A stretch of DNA of 63,537 nt, the filler included, from Folioceros fuciformis (lineage: Eukaryota), in the NCBI GenBank assembly GCA_049999805.1. It is 13 parts of 13 records of this genome, joined end to end, with 100 filler letters (N's around TTAATTAATTAA, not from the genome) between each part and the next. Parts side by side here need not be neighbours in the genome. Positions count along the whole stretch, not along the records: positions 19,706 to 37,885 come from JBNGIO010003811.1; positions 37,986 to 40,198 come from JBNGIO010003812.1; positions 40,299 to 41,314 come from JBNGIO010003813.1; positions 41,415 to 42,933 come from JBNGIO010003814.1; positions 43,034 to 44,233 come from JBNGIO010003815.1; positions 44,334 to 61,737 come from JBNGIO010003816.1; 7 more parts are not named here. The stretch is one strand, 5' to 3'. The stretch's first letter is position 1. Each line of letters opens with the position of its first letter. Shown piece by piece: positions 36,934 to 49,992 of the stretch. The notes under the pieces were generated by a model that had not been told where the DNA came from, ran no database searches, and saw nothing but the letters and a program-made list of their open reading frames with translations. The translations under genes were made by a program, and so were the position numbers.

Positions 36934-37985
36934 GAGTACGTAGTGAGGAAGCGTAGGCAGTACACGGAGGGGTGGCTGCCATCGCTGAGGAGTTCGGCAT
37001 GTTCTTTCCTTGTCCGTCTAAACCTAGGGCACGGCTTGCTAGCGCTGATCGTAGTCATCTCTCACCGCACCAGGAAGAAACAGAATCGAGCGGCGTCTGC
37101 CCTGTGTGGACTCGCCTGCGATTCTGCTGAGTCGTGTGAATCATCAGAGTTTGGGGCCCCGCTGCAGAGCTCTGATCTTGCTCTGCAGCGTTGGATCTCG
37201 CACCGCTGCAGAGTTGGATCAGAGCTCTGATTCTTGGCTCCATGCCTTGGAATCGAAGCTGCCTTTGCAGGACTCGTCTTGGAAAACGTGGGCCGGGTCA
37301 TCGCTCTCCAGGTTGATGTGAACTTTGTAGGTACTAAAGTTTGTACGCTACCCGATTCTGCTTCATGTGTTATGTTGAGTCCGACGACGACAAGGCAAAG
37401 GACGAGCTGTTGGAAAGATAGGTAGTACGCATGAGTAAATAAAAGGATAAAGTAAACAAAGATAAAATAATGGGTCGTTACTAATTGGAAGGCCGACGGG
37501 ATTTCTGGTTGTTGAACTTGTGAGACGTGGACGGGACTAAATCGATACGTAGGTTGTCTATTTACGAGCAAGTATTTTTTGGAAATCGTCGGGTGGCACG
37601 CGGGTCTATGTCAGTGGTTAGGACTCCGTCCTCGATCAGGGCGACGGCAGCGACTTAACCGACGTCAGTTTAGAGGGTCGGCCGGCCAAGCCGTGCGTGC
37701 ACTTGACCTTGTCGTGGCTAGCCACGCAAGGAAGTCTAGGCCTGGCACGGTCACGTACAGTACGCCGAGGGCTTTAGGGTTTTTATGTAAATGCTCACGA
37801 CCCGCCGCAGTTGCTGCCGCGTGAAGTGTCTGGCAGGCGTTCCGTTGCGAATGTCTGCTGAGATTCTTGGCGCGGCGCTGGGAAANNNNNNNNNNNNNNN
37901 NNNNNNNNNNNNNNNNNNNNNNNNNNNNNTTAATTAATTAANNNNNNNNNNNNNNNNNNNNNNNNNNNNNNNNNNNNNNNNNNNN

Positions 37986-38770
37986 AAGATATCCCTCCCC
38001 TGAATACTCTTTACTGGGTTCCCAGTTGTTGAAATCCCCAACAATAGAACAAAAACGAGAAGCTGCAACCATGATGGCTGAGTCAGGCAGGGTACTGACA
38101 AAGCATGCGTCAGAAGCACAAGACATGGAATGGTTTGAATAGCCATTGTTTGGCAATGGAGACTTCAAGGCACCTGCAGGACTGACTCTACACAAAGATA
38201 TAGGATGCAGCTCCTACAAAATGGATGCATGCACTTGTTCACTAGAAAGTGAAAACAAAGAGGACAAATTTTACCTGGAGCCCATTCAATAAGCTCAACA
38301 GCATGAAAGGGAGTTCGATGGAGACCCATATCCTCATATCTGCGATGCATACTAGCGGGTCAATCCCCCCTTCCCAACCCTCACCACTGTGGACCATCAA
38401 AGGAGGTACACAAAGCGTCACGTACGCTNNNNNNNNNNNNNNNNNNNNNNNNNNNNNNNNNNNNNNNNNNNNNNNNNNNNNNNNNNNNNNNNNNNNNNNN
38501 NNNNNNNNNNNNNNNNNNNNNNNNNNNNATAGAACAAAAACGAGAAGCTGCAACCATGATGGCTGAGTCAGGCAGGGTACTGACAAAGCATGCGTCAGAA
38601 GCACAAGACATGGAATGGTTTGAATAGCCACTGTTTGGCAATGGAGACTTCAAGGCACCTGCAGGACTGATTCTACACCAAGATATAGGATGCGGCTACT
38701 ACAAAATGGATGCATGCACTTGTTCACCAGAAGTGAAAACGAAGAGAACAAATTTTACCTGGAGCCCATG
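37986..38770 (-). pseudogene. Fragment of a starch-branching enzyme class III (BE1/SBE3-like) gene, partly duplicated across a gap
   Basis: Exons RYEDMGLHRTPFHAVELIEWAPG and SRFCSIVGDFNNWEPSKEYSGEG resemble the CBM48 N-terminus of branching enzymes. Truncated by the scaffold end. Confidence 0.65.
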
Positions 38771-38774
38771 AGAG

Positions 38775-39690
38775 GTTTCATATTGCCTTGGAACACAACT
38801 TCATCGTGATCCTGAATCTGGAACACTTACGATTCACCAAGAGAAGTACATTTTTTATATGCTTTTTTAAGTACAAACTCACTAATGCCAAGCCAGCTCT
38901 TACCCCTCTTGAGGCAGGCTGCAAGTTGTCTAAGGAATAGTCACATGTTACTGATGCTGAGAACTTGGAAATGAAAAATGTTCCCTATGCCCAGGTTGTG
39001 GGTTCTCTCATATACTGTTCCAACAACAGCAAGCCAGATATAAAACTTCCAGTGAGCATGGTTTCTCAACACCTGAAGAGCCCAGGAAGAGCGTATTGGT
39101 TAGCAATGAAAAGAATTTTACGTTATCTCAAAGGCACCATTGATTATGGTATAAACTATACAAAGCAAGGCTATGATGGAGAGGAGTTTACGCTCATCGG
39201 CTACTACAATGCTGACTAGGTAGAAGACCCAGACATGAGAAGGTCAGTCTCTACTTATTCATTTTTACCCGTAGGAGGCGCTGTGACCTAGTCGTCAAAG
39301 AAAAAGACAACGATGTCACTTTCATCAACAGAGGCAGAATGCTCTGCCCTAACACAAGCCTCTAAGGAAGCAAAATAGTTGTGAAGACTGTTGGCTGATC
39401 TTGGACAGACACAAAAGGGCCCAATCATCATATACTGTGACAATCAATCTACTTTGGCATTGGCACTAAACCTAGTGTTTCATGCTAGGACCAAACATGT
39501 GGAGGTCCACCACCATTTCATACGACATGCTATTGAGACGGGACAGGTTAAACTGGAGTACGTGCCAACGGATTCAAATCCAACAGACATACTTACCAAA
39601 TCCTTACCTAGAGTGAAGCATCATCAGTTCAAAGAGGCGATAGGAGTGTTCAGTCCATGTCCTCCTTCCAACATGTCCAGCAGAGTTTAG
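38775..39690 (+). pseudogene. Ty1/copia RT C-terminus and RNase H
   Basis: VPYAQVVGSLIY, KRILRYLKGT, CDNQS, HARTKHVEVHHHF; stops present. Confidence 0.9.
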
Positions 39691-40298
39691 GAAAAATTGT
39701 CCGAGGAGCTGCAGGTAGGTATAAATAAGCTCAGCAATAATAGTTTACTTTCTACCTAGGTGTGTCCACTCCTAAGAGGACTAGTCACAACCCTTAGAGC
39801 TAGAGGGGAATAGGAACTTCGACTTTCCCCTTCTACTCATTTTCTAGAGTTCCACGAAGTTCGGGTCGAAGTCAGGTGCGTACTCTTCAAATTTGTCCTC
39901 GTCTTCATCCATCCACACCATTGTGGAGGCAAAACCCCGGGCACTGATTGCCAACGGGTTCCACCTTTAGTGGCCACACTTATCCCATTGTCGTTGAGAC
40001 ATTGGGTTTCGTTCCCACGAAGGAGCGATGGGGTTCCTTGCTACTGTGGATGGAGGGTCGGACTTGATCAACTCGATGATGGATTCGAGGGCTCCTCTCC
40101 AGCTCCGATCAGGCGTAGGACAGGCCTCGCTGTCCGGCGGTCAGCTGCACCTCTCTCGGTGCCCACAAACTCACTCCAGTCACTACAACGACTCTAACNN
40201 NNNNNNNNNNNNNNNNNNNNNNNNNNNNNNNNNNNNNNNNNNTTAATTAATTAANNNNNNNNNNNNNNNNNNNNNNNNNNNNNNNNNNNNNNNNNNNN

Positions 40299-41314
40299 AC
40301 AGTCCGCCATTGCCCTCAGCCAGAATCCGGTTTTCCATTCGAGAACGAAGCATGTGGAGCTGAGATTCCATTATATACGTCAGCTGGTGGAAAGAGGCGA
40401 TGTCGAAAGGCGCCAGCGGAGTGGAGAGTGGCGATAGTAATTGCAGGCTAGGATAGGGTTTTTTTTTTAATGCTTTTACTTGGACCGGAGCCGCTTGGAA
40501 TCTAAGACCCCTGACAGACTTTATAGCGGAAAGACCGCCACCACCATGTATAAGAGGCCAGTTTGAGGCCTGGGAAATTAGCAAAAATCAGCCCAAATTA
40601 CCCAACCTTGCAGGAGTCTAGCGATGGCCGTTGCCGGACAAGAGGTCCAGGCAAGCGCATGCCCGTAGCAATATGGGGGTGTGGGTGCAGGTGGTGGATG
40701 CTCCGTGATTGAGCCCGAGGACGAATCGGGAGGTGGAACCTCGCCGAGTGGGAGACGAGCTCCTCAGCTATCCTCGGGGCGATCACGTGGGGTGGTGAAG
40801 ANNNNNNNNNNACAGTCCGCCATTGCCCTCAGCCAGAATCCGGTTTTCCATTCGAGAACGAAGCATGTGGAGCTGAGATTCCATTATATACGTCAGCTGG
40901 TGGAAAGAGGCGATGTCGAAAGGCGCCAGCGGAGTGGAGAGTGGCGATAGTAATTGCAGGCTAGGATAGGGTTTTTTTTTTAATGCTTTTACTTGGACCG
41001 GAGCCGCTTGGAATCTAAGACCCCTGACAGACTTTATAGCGGAAAGACCGCCACCACCATGTATAAGAGGCCAGTTTGAGGCCTGGGAAATTAGCAAAAA
41101 TCAGCCCAAATTACCCAACCTTGCAGGAGTCTAGCGATGGCCGTTGCCGGACAAGAGGTCCAGGCAAGCGCATGCCCGTAGCAATATGGGGGTGTGGGTG
41201 CAGGTGGTGGATGCTCCGTGATTGAGCCCGAGGACGAATCGGGAGGTGGAACCTCGCCGAGTGGGAGACGAGCTCCTCAGCTATCCTCGGGGCGATCACG
41301 TGGGGTGGTGAAGA
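40299..41314 (+). repeat. Exact 503-bp duplication across a 10-N gap (copia RNase H fragment fused to gypsy LTR-like repeat)
   Basis: 40299-40801 is identical to 40812-41314. Confidence 0.85.
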
Positions 41315-41414
41315 NNNNNNNNNNNNNNNNNNNNNNNNNNNNNNNNNNNNNNNNNNNNTTAATTAATTAANNNNNNNNNNNNNNNNNNNNNNNNNNNNNN
41401 NNNNNNNNNNNNNN

Positions 41415-42880
41415 ACATGGAATACCGGATTGAGGGTCATAGCAATAGCAGATTGATTGGACATGGAATACCGGATTGAGGGTCATAGCAATAGCAGATT
41501 GATTGGACATGGAATACCGGATTGAGGGTCATAGCAATAGCAGATTGATTGTCTCAAAGGAGTGGGGTAGATCCTACTTGTGCTTCACCCAAGCCAAATA
41601 GGAATTGTCGTATCCAGATGATTTCTTTGGCAGCAAAGGAAGTGGCTGCATACTCTGCTTTCGTAGATGATAAGCAAACTGTGGAGAGTTTCTTAGATGC
41701 CCAAGATATGGCAGTTCCATTTAATCTCATGCAATATGCCGCAATTGACTTGCAAGTATCCAGGTCCCCAGCCCAATTAGCATCAGAGTAGCATGTGAGG
41801 TGTAGCTTACCTTCATTGGCATTATTAGCATGATATACCAAGCCTTTGCTCTTAATGCATTCAAGGTATCGAAAAATATGCTTGACAAAAGTCCAATGCT
41901 ATCTTCCTGGATTGGAAATATACCTTGAGGGTACATTCACAACATGTGAGATGTCCAGGCGCGTCCATATGGAAAAGAAAAGTAGGCATCCAACAACCTC
42001 ACCATAGGGTATAGAGGACATTTCGAAGGATTCCTTAGCAGATGTAGGACTATTTTGTAGCAACACTTTATCTTGAGCAGCTACGATGTGGTGGATGGAT
42101 GGGCTTCGGAATCGTTGAAGCGCTTGAGGAGCTGATCCACATAATGTTCTTGAAGCGCTTGNNNNNNNNNNTAATGTTCTTGAAGCGCTTGAGGAGCTGA
42201 TCCACATAATGTTCTTGATGAACGCAGATAGAATAATTAGATGGCAATAATATAAATTGAATTCCAAAGGCAAAGCGCAGAGCGCCAACGTCAACCATGT
42301 TGAATTTGTTTGAGAGTAAATCTTTGACCTTTTGAATAATACGGTTATCACTCCCAAATATAATATTGTCATCCACATAAAGAGCGATGATGGCGAGGCT
42401 GGTACCCTCTTGGAGATGAAAAACATTCTGGTCCGCTTGGAAACGCTTGAAGCCACATGATAAAAGAAAAGCATCTATAACCTCATACCATGCTTTGGCA
42501 AATTGCTTCAATCCATAAATTATGCAGAGTAATCTACATACCTTATGCAGATTAACGACATACCCCTCAGGTTGCTCCATGAAAATAGCCTCATGTAGAG
42601 CGCCATTGAGAAACGTTGTCCTTACATCCACTTGCTGCATGGTTAACTAATATTGAGTTGCATAAGCTATCAAGATACGAATAGAGGTCAATTTCACCAC
42701 GGGGCAATATAAATTGTCTGCTTGGAAGTCAAGGCTTGGTGTTTGGGTAAAGCCACGAGCTACGAGGTGGGCCTTGTAAGGGGCGATGGAGCCATTGGGG
42801 TTGAGCTTGAGCTTAAAAGTCCACTTGCATGTTATTGGTTTCTTGCCTGGTGGTAGGTCTACTAATTTCCATGTGGATTG
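41415..42880 (-). pseudogene. Ty1/copia RT-RNase H, degraded, ending in a 46-bp triplication
   Basis: QVDVRTTFLNG, YGLKQ, LYVDD, YSDANWAGD, SWASKK. The 46-bp unit repeats at 41415, 41461 and 41507. Confidence 0.9.
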
Positions 42881-43033
42881 TCCATCAGAGATTGGTATTC
42901 AGAATCTATGGCCTTACGCTACTCAGCTGATTGNNNNNNNNNNNNNNNNNNNNNNNNNNNNNNNNNNNNNNNNNNNNTTAATTAATTAANNNNNNNNNNN
43001 NNNNNNNNNNNNNNNNNNNNNNNNNNNNNNNNN

Positions 43034-44233
43034 TAAATTCTTTTCTAATTTATTATAGAATATAGGTTTATTTAAATATAATAAAGATCTAGTCTTATTT
43101 AGTAGCTTTAGTTTTTACTTTATTCTTAATTTCTTTAATCTTAGTCTCTATAGTATTATCTTTAATTTATTAAGTTATTTTATTTAGTTCTTAGAGGTCT
43201 TTATTAGCTACTAGTTTAAGATTATTAAAGATAATTAATCTATCTTTACTAGCTTTAAGTATTATTCTTTATACTAGCTTATATATTTTATAGTTAGGTC
43301 TTTTACTTATTATATCGGCTCTAGTATTTTCTTTTCTAGTTATATAAAAGATCTTAAAGTTATACTTAGCTAAGTATAGAGCCTATTAAGCTTATTATAG
43401 AGTTAGTTTTTACTTAGTTATAAAGTATATTAGATTCCTATAGTTAGTCTATACTTCTATAGTATACTTTATTTCTTATAGCTATAGTCTTTATATTTTA
43501 AATACTATTACTATAGCTAGTAGTTTCTTATTATAGATATTATAGTTAAGTTCTAGCTTAGTTAGTTTTCTTAAGTAGTTATATACTAGATATTAGTATT
43601 CTTTATTATCTTCTTATATTAGTATATANNNNNNNNNNTAAATTCTTTTCTAATTTATTATAGAATATAGGTTTATTTAAATATAATAAAGATCTAGTCT
43701 TATTTAGTAGCTTTAGTTTTTACTTTATTCTTAATTTCTTTAATCTTAGTCTCTATAGTATTATCTTTAATTTATTAAGTTATTTTATTTAGTTCTTAGA
43801 GGTCTTTATTAGCTACTAGTTTAAGATTATTAAAGATAATTAATCTATCTTTACTAGCTTTAAGTATTATTCTTTATACTAGCTTATATATTTTATAGTT
43901 AGGTCTTTTACTTATTATATCGGCTCTAGTATTTTCTTTTCTAGTTATATAAAAGATCTTAAAGTTATACTTAGCTAAGTATAGAGCCTATTAAGCTTAT
44001 TATAGAGTTAGTTTTTACTTAGTTATAAAGTATATTAGATTCCTATAGTTAGTCTATACTTCTATAGTATACTTTATTTCTTATAGCTATAGTCTTTATA
44101 TTTTAAATACTATTACTATAGCTAGTAGTTTCTTATTATAGATATTATAGTTAAGTTCTAGCTTAGTTAGTTTTCTTAAGTAGTTATATACTAGATATTA
44201 GTATTCTTTATTATCTTCTTATATTAGTATATA
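43034..44233. repeat. Extremely AT-rich 595-bp unit (duplicated across 10 N) with RIP-like dinucleotide composition
   Basis: By eye, no CpA or TpG dinucleotides and abundant TpA; 43034-43628 equals 43639-44233. Confidence 0.85.
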
Positions 44234-44333
44234 NNNNNNNNNNNNNNNNNNNNNNNNNNNNNNNNNNNNNNNNNNNNTTAATTAATTAANNNNNNNNNNN
44301 NNNNNNNNNNNNNNNNNNNNNNNNNNNNNNNNN

Positions 44334-44570
44334 GTCCTGCTCCCCTGCTCACTTGGCCTGCACCATTCGCAACAGGGTAGGATCCCTGAGGTCCTACTCC
44401 CCTGCTCACTTGGCCTGCACCATTCGCAATAGGGTAGGATCCCTGAGGTCCTGCTCCCCTGCTCACTTGGCCTGCACCATTCGCAACAGGGTAGGATCCC
44501 TGAGGTCCGAAGGAAGGCCCCTGCTCACTTGGCTTGCACCATTCGCAACAAGGTATGATCCCTGAGGTTT
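44334..44570 (+). repeat. 57-bp tandem repeat, ~4 copies
   Basis: gtcctgctcccctgctcacttggcctgcaccattcgcaacagggtaggatccctgag units at 44334, 44391 and 44448, plus a variant fourth. Confidence 0.9.
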
Positions 44571-46490
44571 GAAGGAAGGCTCTGAACTGTGGATGGGGCC
44601 CTAACCCTAACTAATTAAAAAAAAAAAATGAGTGTGAGTGGAGGAGACGGACGAGAGGGATAAAACAAAGTAGGTGTCCGAATCCGAACACCTACTTTGT
44701 GCCCTATGACCGAACAAAGCGGGCACAAATGTTATGTGAAAGAACCCTGTTCGTATCGGTATTCCATACAGTCTTCTCTTACCCTAAAGGGGGCAAGGGG
44801 CCTAATNNNNNNNNNNNNNNNNNNNNNNNNNNNNNNNNNNNNNNNNNNNNNNNNNNNNNNNNNNNNNNNNNNNNNNNNNNNNNNNNNNNNNNNNNNNNNN
44901 NNNNNNCCATACAGTCTTCTCTTACCCTAAAGGGGGCAAGGGGCCTAATACCCTTTGGTCTTTGGCCTACTTGGGTTATTCCTTAAAACCTCGTGTTGTT
45001 CCTCGTAGATGGGACTTTTTATTTTTCTTAATAATTTGAAAAATATTGAACATATATTTTTTATAAATTAAAAAGATAATAAATGAGTAGCATCCAAATA
45101 TTTATGATGCTAAATACACATTCCATATTACCACCTTAGCTTACCTTAGATAAGTCTTTATTATTCCACATCATGATATTTTTGTTATATTTATCATGAT
45201 GTTTTTTTGGGAACAATGATGTTTGAAGGGGCTAATATTCTTTTGTGTTTGGCCGGCTCATTCTTCCTCCCATCTTTTGAGTACAAGGGACTTTCCATGT
45301 TTTTTTCAATAATAAAAAATACCTCACTCTTATAATATCCTCAAAATGAGGATAGATTAAAGTCTTTCATTCCCCTTAATCTTTGATACGTGACAATGAA
45401 TAATACGTAGATGATAATTTTATCTTAATATTAAGAAAATAATTCATGAAAAAGGAAGAGAAGGACGGAAAGGAAAGCGCGATATGTAGTTGCACCGGAT
45501 ATTGGGCGAAATTGTGGCTCGATAATTTGGGGCCATGCATTCGCCGTCTACGCCCGACACACACAGAATCTGATTCGTCCAGGCACAGGAGTCACAGATT
45601 GCACAAAACCTGAATGTCCCCGATCACAGGACATGTGGCATAGCAGGGTGGCCGCCTTCCCTTGCCTTTTTTTGGTTTTTTTATTCCCGTTGCTAATTGA
45701 AGTCGTGGACCTGTGAAGGGGCCTGCGGCTCTCCTTCGCTGCCATTCTCGGCGGCCAAGCTTGGGTTGACGCGCGCCTTCTGTTGGCCCTCCAATTTCTA
45801 TGCTGTGGCAATCCCTCATAGGCGAGTGGCAACCACGTGAAGTTGGGCACACCTGGCGAGTGTGGGACACAAGGAGCCCTGTGATGCAATTTTCGGTTCC
45901 TGGGCATGCATTTGCGGCTTAGAGCATCTGGTGTTGGTCATTCGGGGACGGCACGCAGCTGACTCTTCCGAAACCGCTCTTTGTCGGTGAAAAAAACATG
46001 GATTTAGAGGGATTTGGAAATGTCTCAGCTCATCGCTTCCAATTGCTCTTCCGCCACCGACATGTGTCGTAAACAGCTGGGTTCTATCAATGTGGACGAG
46101 GTTGCCAGGAACGTGACAGGGAAATCAGGTGCACACGTGACTACGTCGTGGTGCCTGCTGCAGTGTGCTGATATGTATGTCGTCTTGGCGTTGGGTTCTT
46201 CAGTGCTCACCATTTTGCAGGCTCCAATAGCGTCAGGTTGTGGCTGTCACGGAACACCCGAACAAACTGTTCAGGATTGCTCTGTCCAGCGGAAGCACGC
46301 CCTCTGCCTGGCCTGTTGTACCGGTGGCAGTCTGGGCAGGCTTGGCACGCTCCAATGCTTTAGTCTTCTCTTAGGGCATTCTCGTTGTACCGAGAAACGG
46401 CAGCATGATGGTGCGGAAATGTCATTGGAAGGATTGCCTTATGTGTGGACAAGCAATGCCTAGCCTGCTGTCCCTTGGTATTCTCTTAAG

Positions 46491-49400
46491 ATGAAGTCCA
46501 GCGTAGGAGCGTCTGGGCCTGTTCCGATCCAGGGTTGGAATTTCGTCTCTTTCTGCCCGTGCCATGGCTCCTCCTCCTGTTTCCGCGAGGGAAGGAGGTC
46601 AGTTAGCACAATCAGGTCGACGAAAAATAGACTTTATGTTTTGGCTCTTGGAGGAGCCCCCGGCAAACGCTTTGCCAAGCAGAGTCACGATGTTTTCAAA
46701 GGTGTTACTGGGGCTGTAAATATCATGTTGGATAGCACGAAAGAGACCTTCACTACTGATGAGGAGCTCGGCCGAGATGCAGATGACAGGTTCGAACAGC
46801 AGGGCAGGACCTACGATGGTAACCGGTCAACTATGTCATTTGATCATCCCAAGGGCAAACAGCAATCCTACTTTTTTAGATCCTTCGTTGAAAATATGCT
46901 CCCCTCTCAGATGAAGACTTACACCAGTACCCTGGAGGTAGCTCCGGCAACTCCTCTTCCTCCCTTCACGGGCCGTCTAACCGTAGCTTTTGCAGCAATT
47001 CTGCTCATAGGTGTGGCATTTGAAAAATGGTGGTGGAATGTTAGACAGGACGCCCAGGGCACAACCTTCAATATTCCTGAAAAAAGCAAGACACCCCTCA
47101 GAGTGTTTTCTATGGAGGGAACATCTCGCACCAAGAGACCGACAGGATCGTCGAGACCGACTGGAGCATCCATCCCCTCTGTCGGTACAGTGCTTTTGCA
47201 GGGAGACCTCGGGAGGAAGGAAACCGTTGAGTGGGTCAATATGGTTCTTGGGAAGGTGTGGAAGGTTTATAGGCGATCCTTGGAAGGATGGCTTGTTGGC
47301 CTCATTCAACCCCTGATTGATAACTTGAAGAAGCCTGAGTGGGTCAAACGTGTAGAAATCAAACAGTTCTATTTGGGTGACGAACCTCTATCAGTGAGAA
47401 GCGTTGAACGTAGAACCTCCCGAAACGCCAATGACCTACAGTACGTTCATCACCTTGTTGCACCGGTCTGTTTTGTCTAGCTGATGACTGCTCCTGGTGC
47501 CTCATTGGTATCTGCCTTCATTTAACTAGAATGGGAATCAGGGTTGCCTTTTATGCTCACCACGCTCACTTCTGTGGCATAGATACCATATTGGGCTGAG
47601 GTACACAGGTGGAGCCCGTCTTCTCCTTTTGGTTTCTCTAAAGTTTGGGGTTATACCGGTCACTGTCCCCGTTGGGGTGCGAGGGTTGGATTTGGACGGC
47701 GAGTTATGGGTGAAACTACGGTTGGTTCCCCAGGAACCGTTCGTGGGGTCAGCAACCTGGGCTTTTGTCTCCCTACCGAAAATCAAGCTGGCCATGGCTC
47801 CTTTCCGGCTCCTCAATGTCATGGGTAAGAACTGAAGCTTGAATCACCACCTTCTGGAACAACTTGTATCCCAGATTCCGTTTTCACATTCTTGCGGCTT
47901 TCATGATGCATTCCCAACGTGCCAAGTATTTCGGGGGGCTTCTATGACGGTCCATAACCTTGTATGTCTGCATGCTTCTTGGATAAGCCTGTTGGTGCTG
48001 GGCGTCTCCCCAATACTGCGTTCTGTGTGCCAAGATTGTGTTGAGAGACTCTTCAGTTGCTGATTTATTAACCCCTTTCAATGTCTGTGCTCTGACAAAT
48101 GCTTTTGGCATCCTGGGAAGCTCAGCCATTCCACTTCTATCCATGTAAGATATCCTCTGCTCAGAAGGTGTCCTCATGTGCACTAGTCTCCTGTTTGCAG
48201 ATCCACAATTTCCACCTTCGTACTGATTTCTATGTTTTTCTAACAGATTCTTAGAAAAGCTCCTTACTCAAGATCTCCCTCACCTGTTTGTGAGGCCAAA
48301 GAAAAACGTGATTGATTTCATGCAAGGAAGGGCCGTTGGTCCCTTGCCGAAGGACACGAAGGAAAGAGATGTTGTGCAAGGGAACCAGGATTTTGCTGGA
48401 GAGTTGTCAGTCACTCTGATCAATGCAAGAAAGCTCACCTATTTTCCAATTGGTATGTTGTGAGGTTTCAAGATCTGGCAGATCTTTGCATTTCCTTCCG
48501 TACACTTATTTGAGGGGTCGAATGATGAGCAATGCATGTGTGACATTGATCAGGGAAGACAGATCCTTACGTTGTCCTCATCCTAGGGGAACAAGTGATA
48601 CGAAGTAAGAAAAACAGCGAAACTTCCGTCTTTGCTCCGCCGGGTGATCCGATTTGGAATCAGGTAAGACTATGGTATTGACGTTTGTGGCAACTATGCT
48701 CCCTGTTTATCGCGGAGTAGTTCTCTTTTTCTTTGCGTTTGTGCTGCAGTTTAATCGTCGTCTGGTTTCGTGGTGCACAGGACTTCCAGTTCGTTGTCGT
48801 TGATCCTAAGGCCCAGCACTTGGCTGTGCGTGTAAGGGACACATTTGGACTAGGTGTGTTCACCGTAGGTTATGGTGAGGTGGAGCCCTTTACCTTCAAC
48901 CAATGAAGTTTGCCCAGGTTTGAACTAGTCAGTGCTTTCTTGGGTCTAACTTCTTGATGGCCTGATACAACAGGTAGACCTGCGTACTCTTCAGGATACT
49001 GTGCCCACTGACAAAGTTGTGAGTCTGAGAAGTGGATGGGGTACGTTTCCCAAACGATCTGGAGGGGAGGTATTGATGCGCCTTACTTATAAAGCGTATG
49101 TCGAAGATGAAGAAGAGGATGGAACGGGAGACACTCCGTACTTCTCTGGCCACACGAACGGTAAAATGACGGATGTCGTCGAGGAGATTGCTGAACTGGC
49201 ACGGTTCTGGACAGAAGAAGCCAGGAAGGCTCAAGAGTTGTTTTTATCGGCGAATTTCCCGGGCGGGCCAGAGAGAGGCGATGAAAAGAACCCAAAATAT
49301 CCTGGACGGCTGCCGCCTGTGATACCAGGCGCCGTGGAGAAAGGACGACGAAATCTTTCGAAGGAACGGGATCTACTGAAGTTTTTGTATGGGAAGGATT

Positions 49401-49654
49401 CCAGCTCAGAGTCAGGAGATGGTGAGGGCAGCATCGAAGGCGGTTGGGGCGTTCAGTTCCGCAGACTCGTCGAAAGTGAGTGCCTCCGAGGTTGTATTTT
49501 CTTTTGCTGGCTACAGGGCATTATTCGTTCTCGCCTCCAACCGCTTCTTCGTCGTTGTGTTGCAGATCCGGTTCTGGTGTGGTTGGGGTTAACGGCAGGG
49601 ATCGCTGTCCTGGTAGCTATCAACCTAAATTTCACCAACTTATTTAATCCTTGA
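46491..49654 (+). CDS. NTMC2T5: SMP + C2 domain protein (NTMC2T5/tricalbin-like), multi-exon
   Basis: Transit-peptide-like N-terminus, TM, KETVEWVNMVLGKVWKVYR, RRTSRNANDLQY, DLDGELWVKLRL, C2 exons, and a C-terminal TM ending LFNP; GT-AG introns. Confidence 0.88.
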
Positions 49655-49992
49655 GAAGAATGGACTCCAAGCATCTTAATAGCGGTCGGTGGAGCGGTTA
49701 CGGTTCCTCTTGGATTGGGTAAGCTCGTATATCGACTCAGATGCCCCTTCCAGCTGCAATTTCTATTTGAGCACTGACTGAACTCGCTCGGATGTTGATG
49801 GTCTCCAGATAAGAGGTATGATCCGAATTCGCGTCTGTGGCTTTAAATTCCTCATTGTACCGTGGGGGTGATAAATCGTGTGTAAATCATAGGATGCGCA
49901 TGTGCCTCCCTGTGACCATCTAAAGTGGTTCCGATAAAATGGTATGGTCGACCATTTTCAGGGTTAAAGCTGAGCTTACCGAAAACTGCTCC

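Noticed and set aside
40299-41314. Perfect direct duplications flanking N gaps (also 567-739, 38040-38770, 42140-42215, 43034-44233, 44765-44948)
   Set aside because: Typical unmerged contig overlaps or haplotypes at scaffold gaps, not evidence of real tandem duplication.
41415-41550. 46-bp and 57-bp repeats as a possible CRISPR array
   Set aside because: No unique spacers; the 46-mer is copia RNase H sequence; eukaryotic context.
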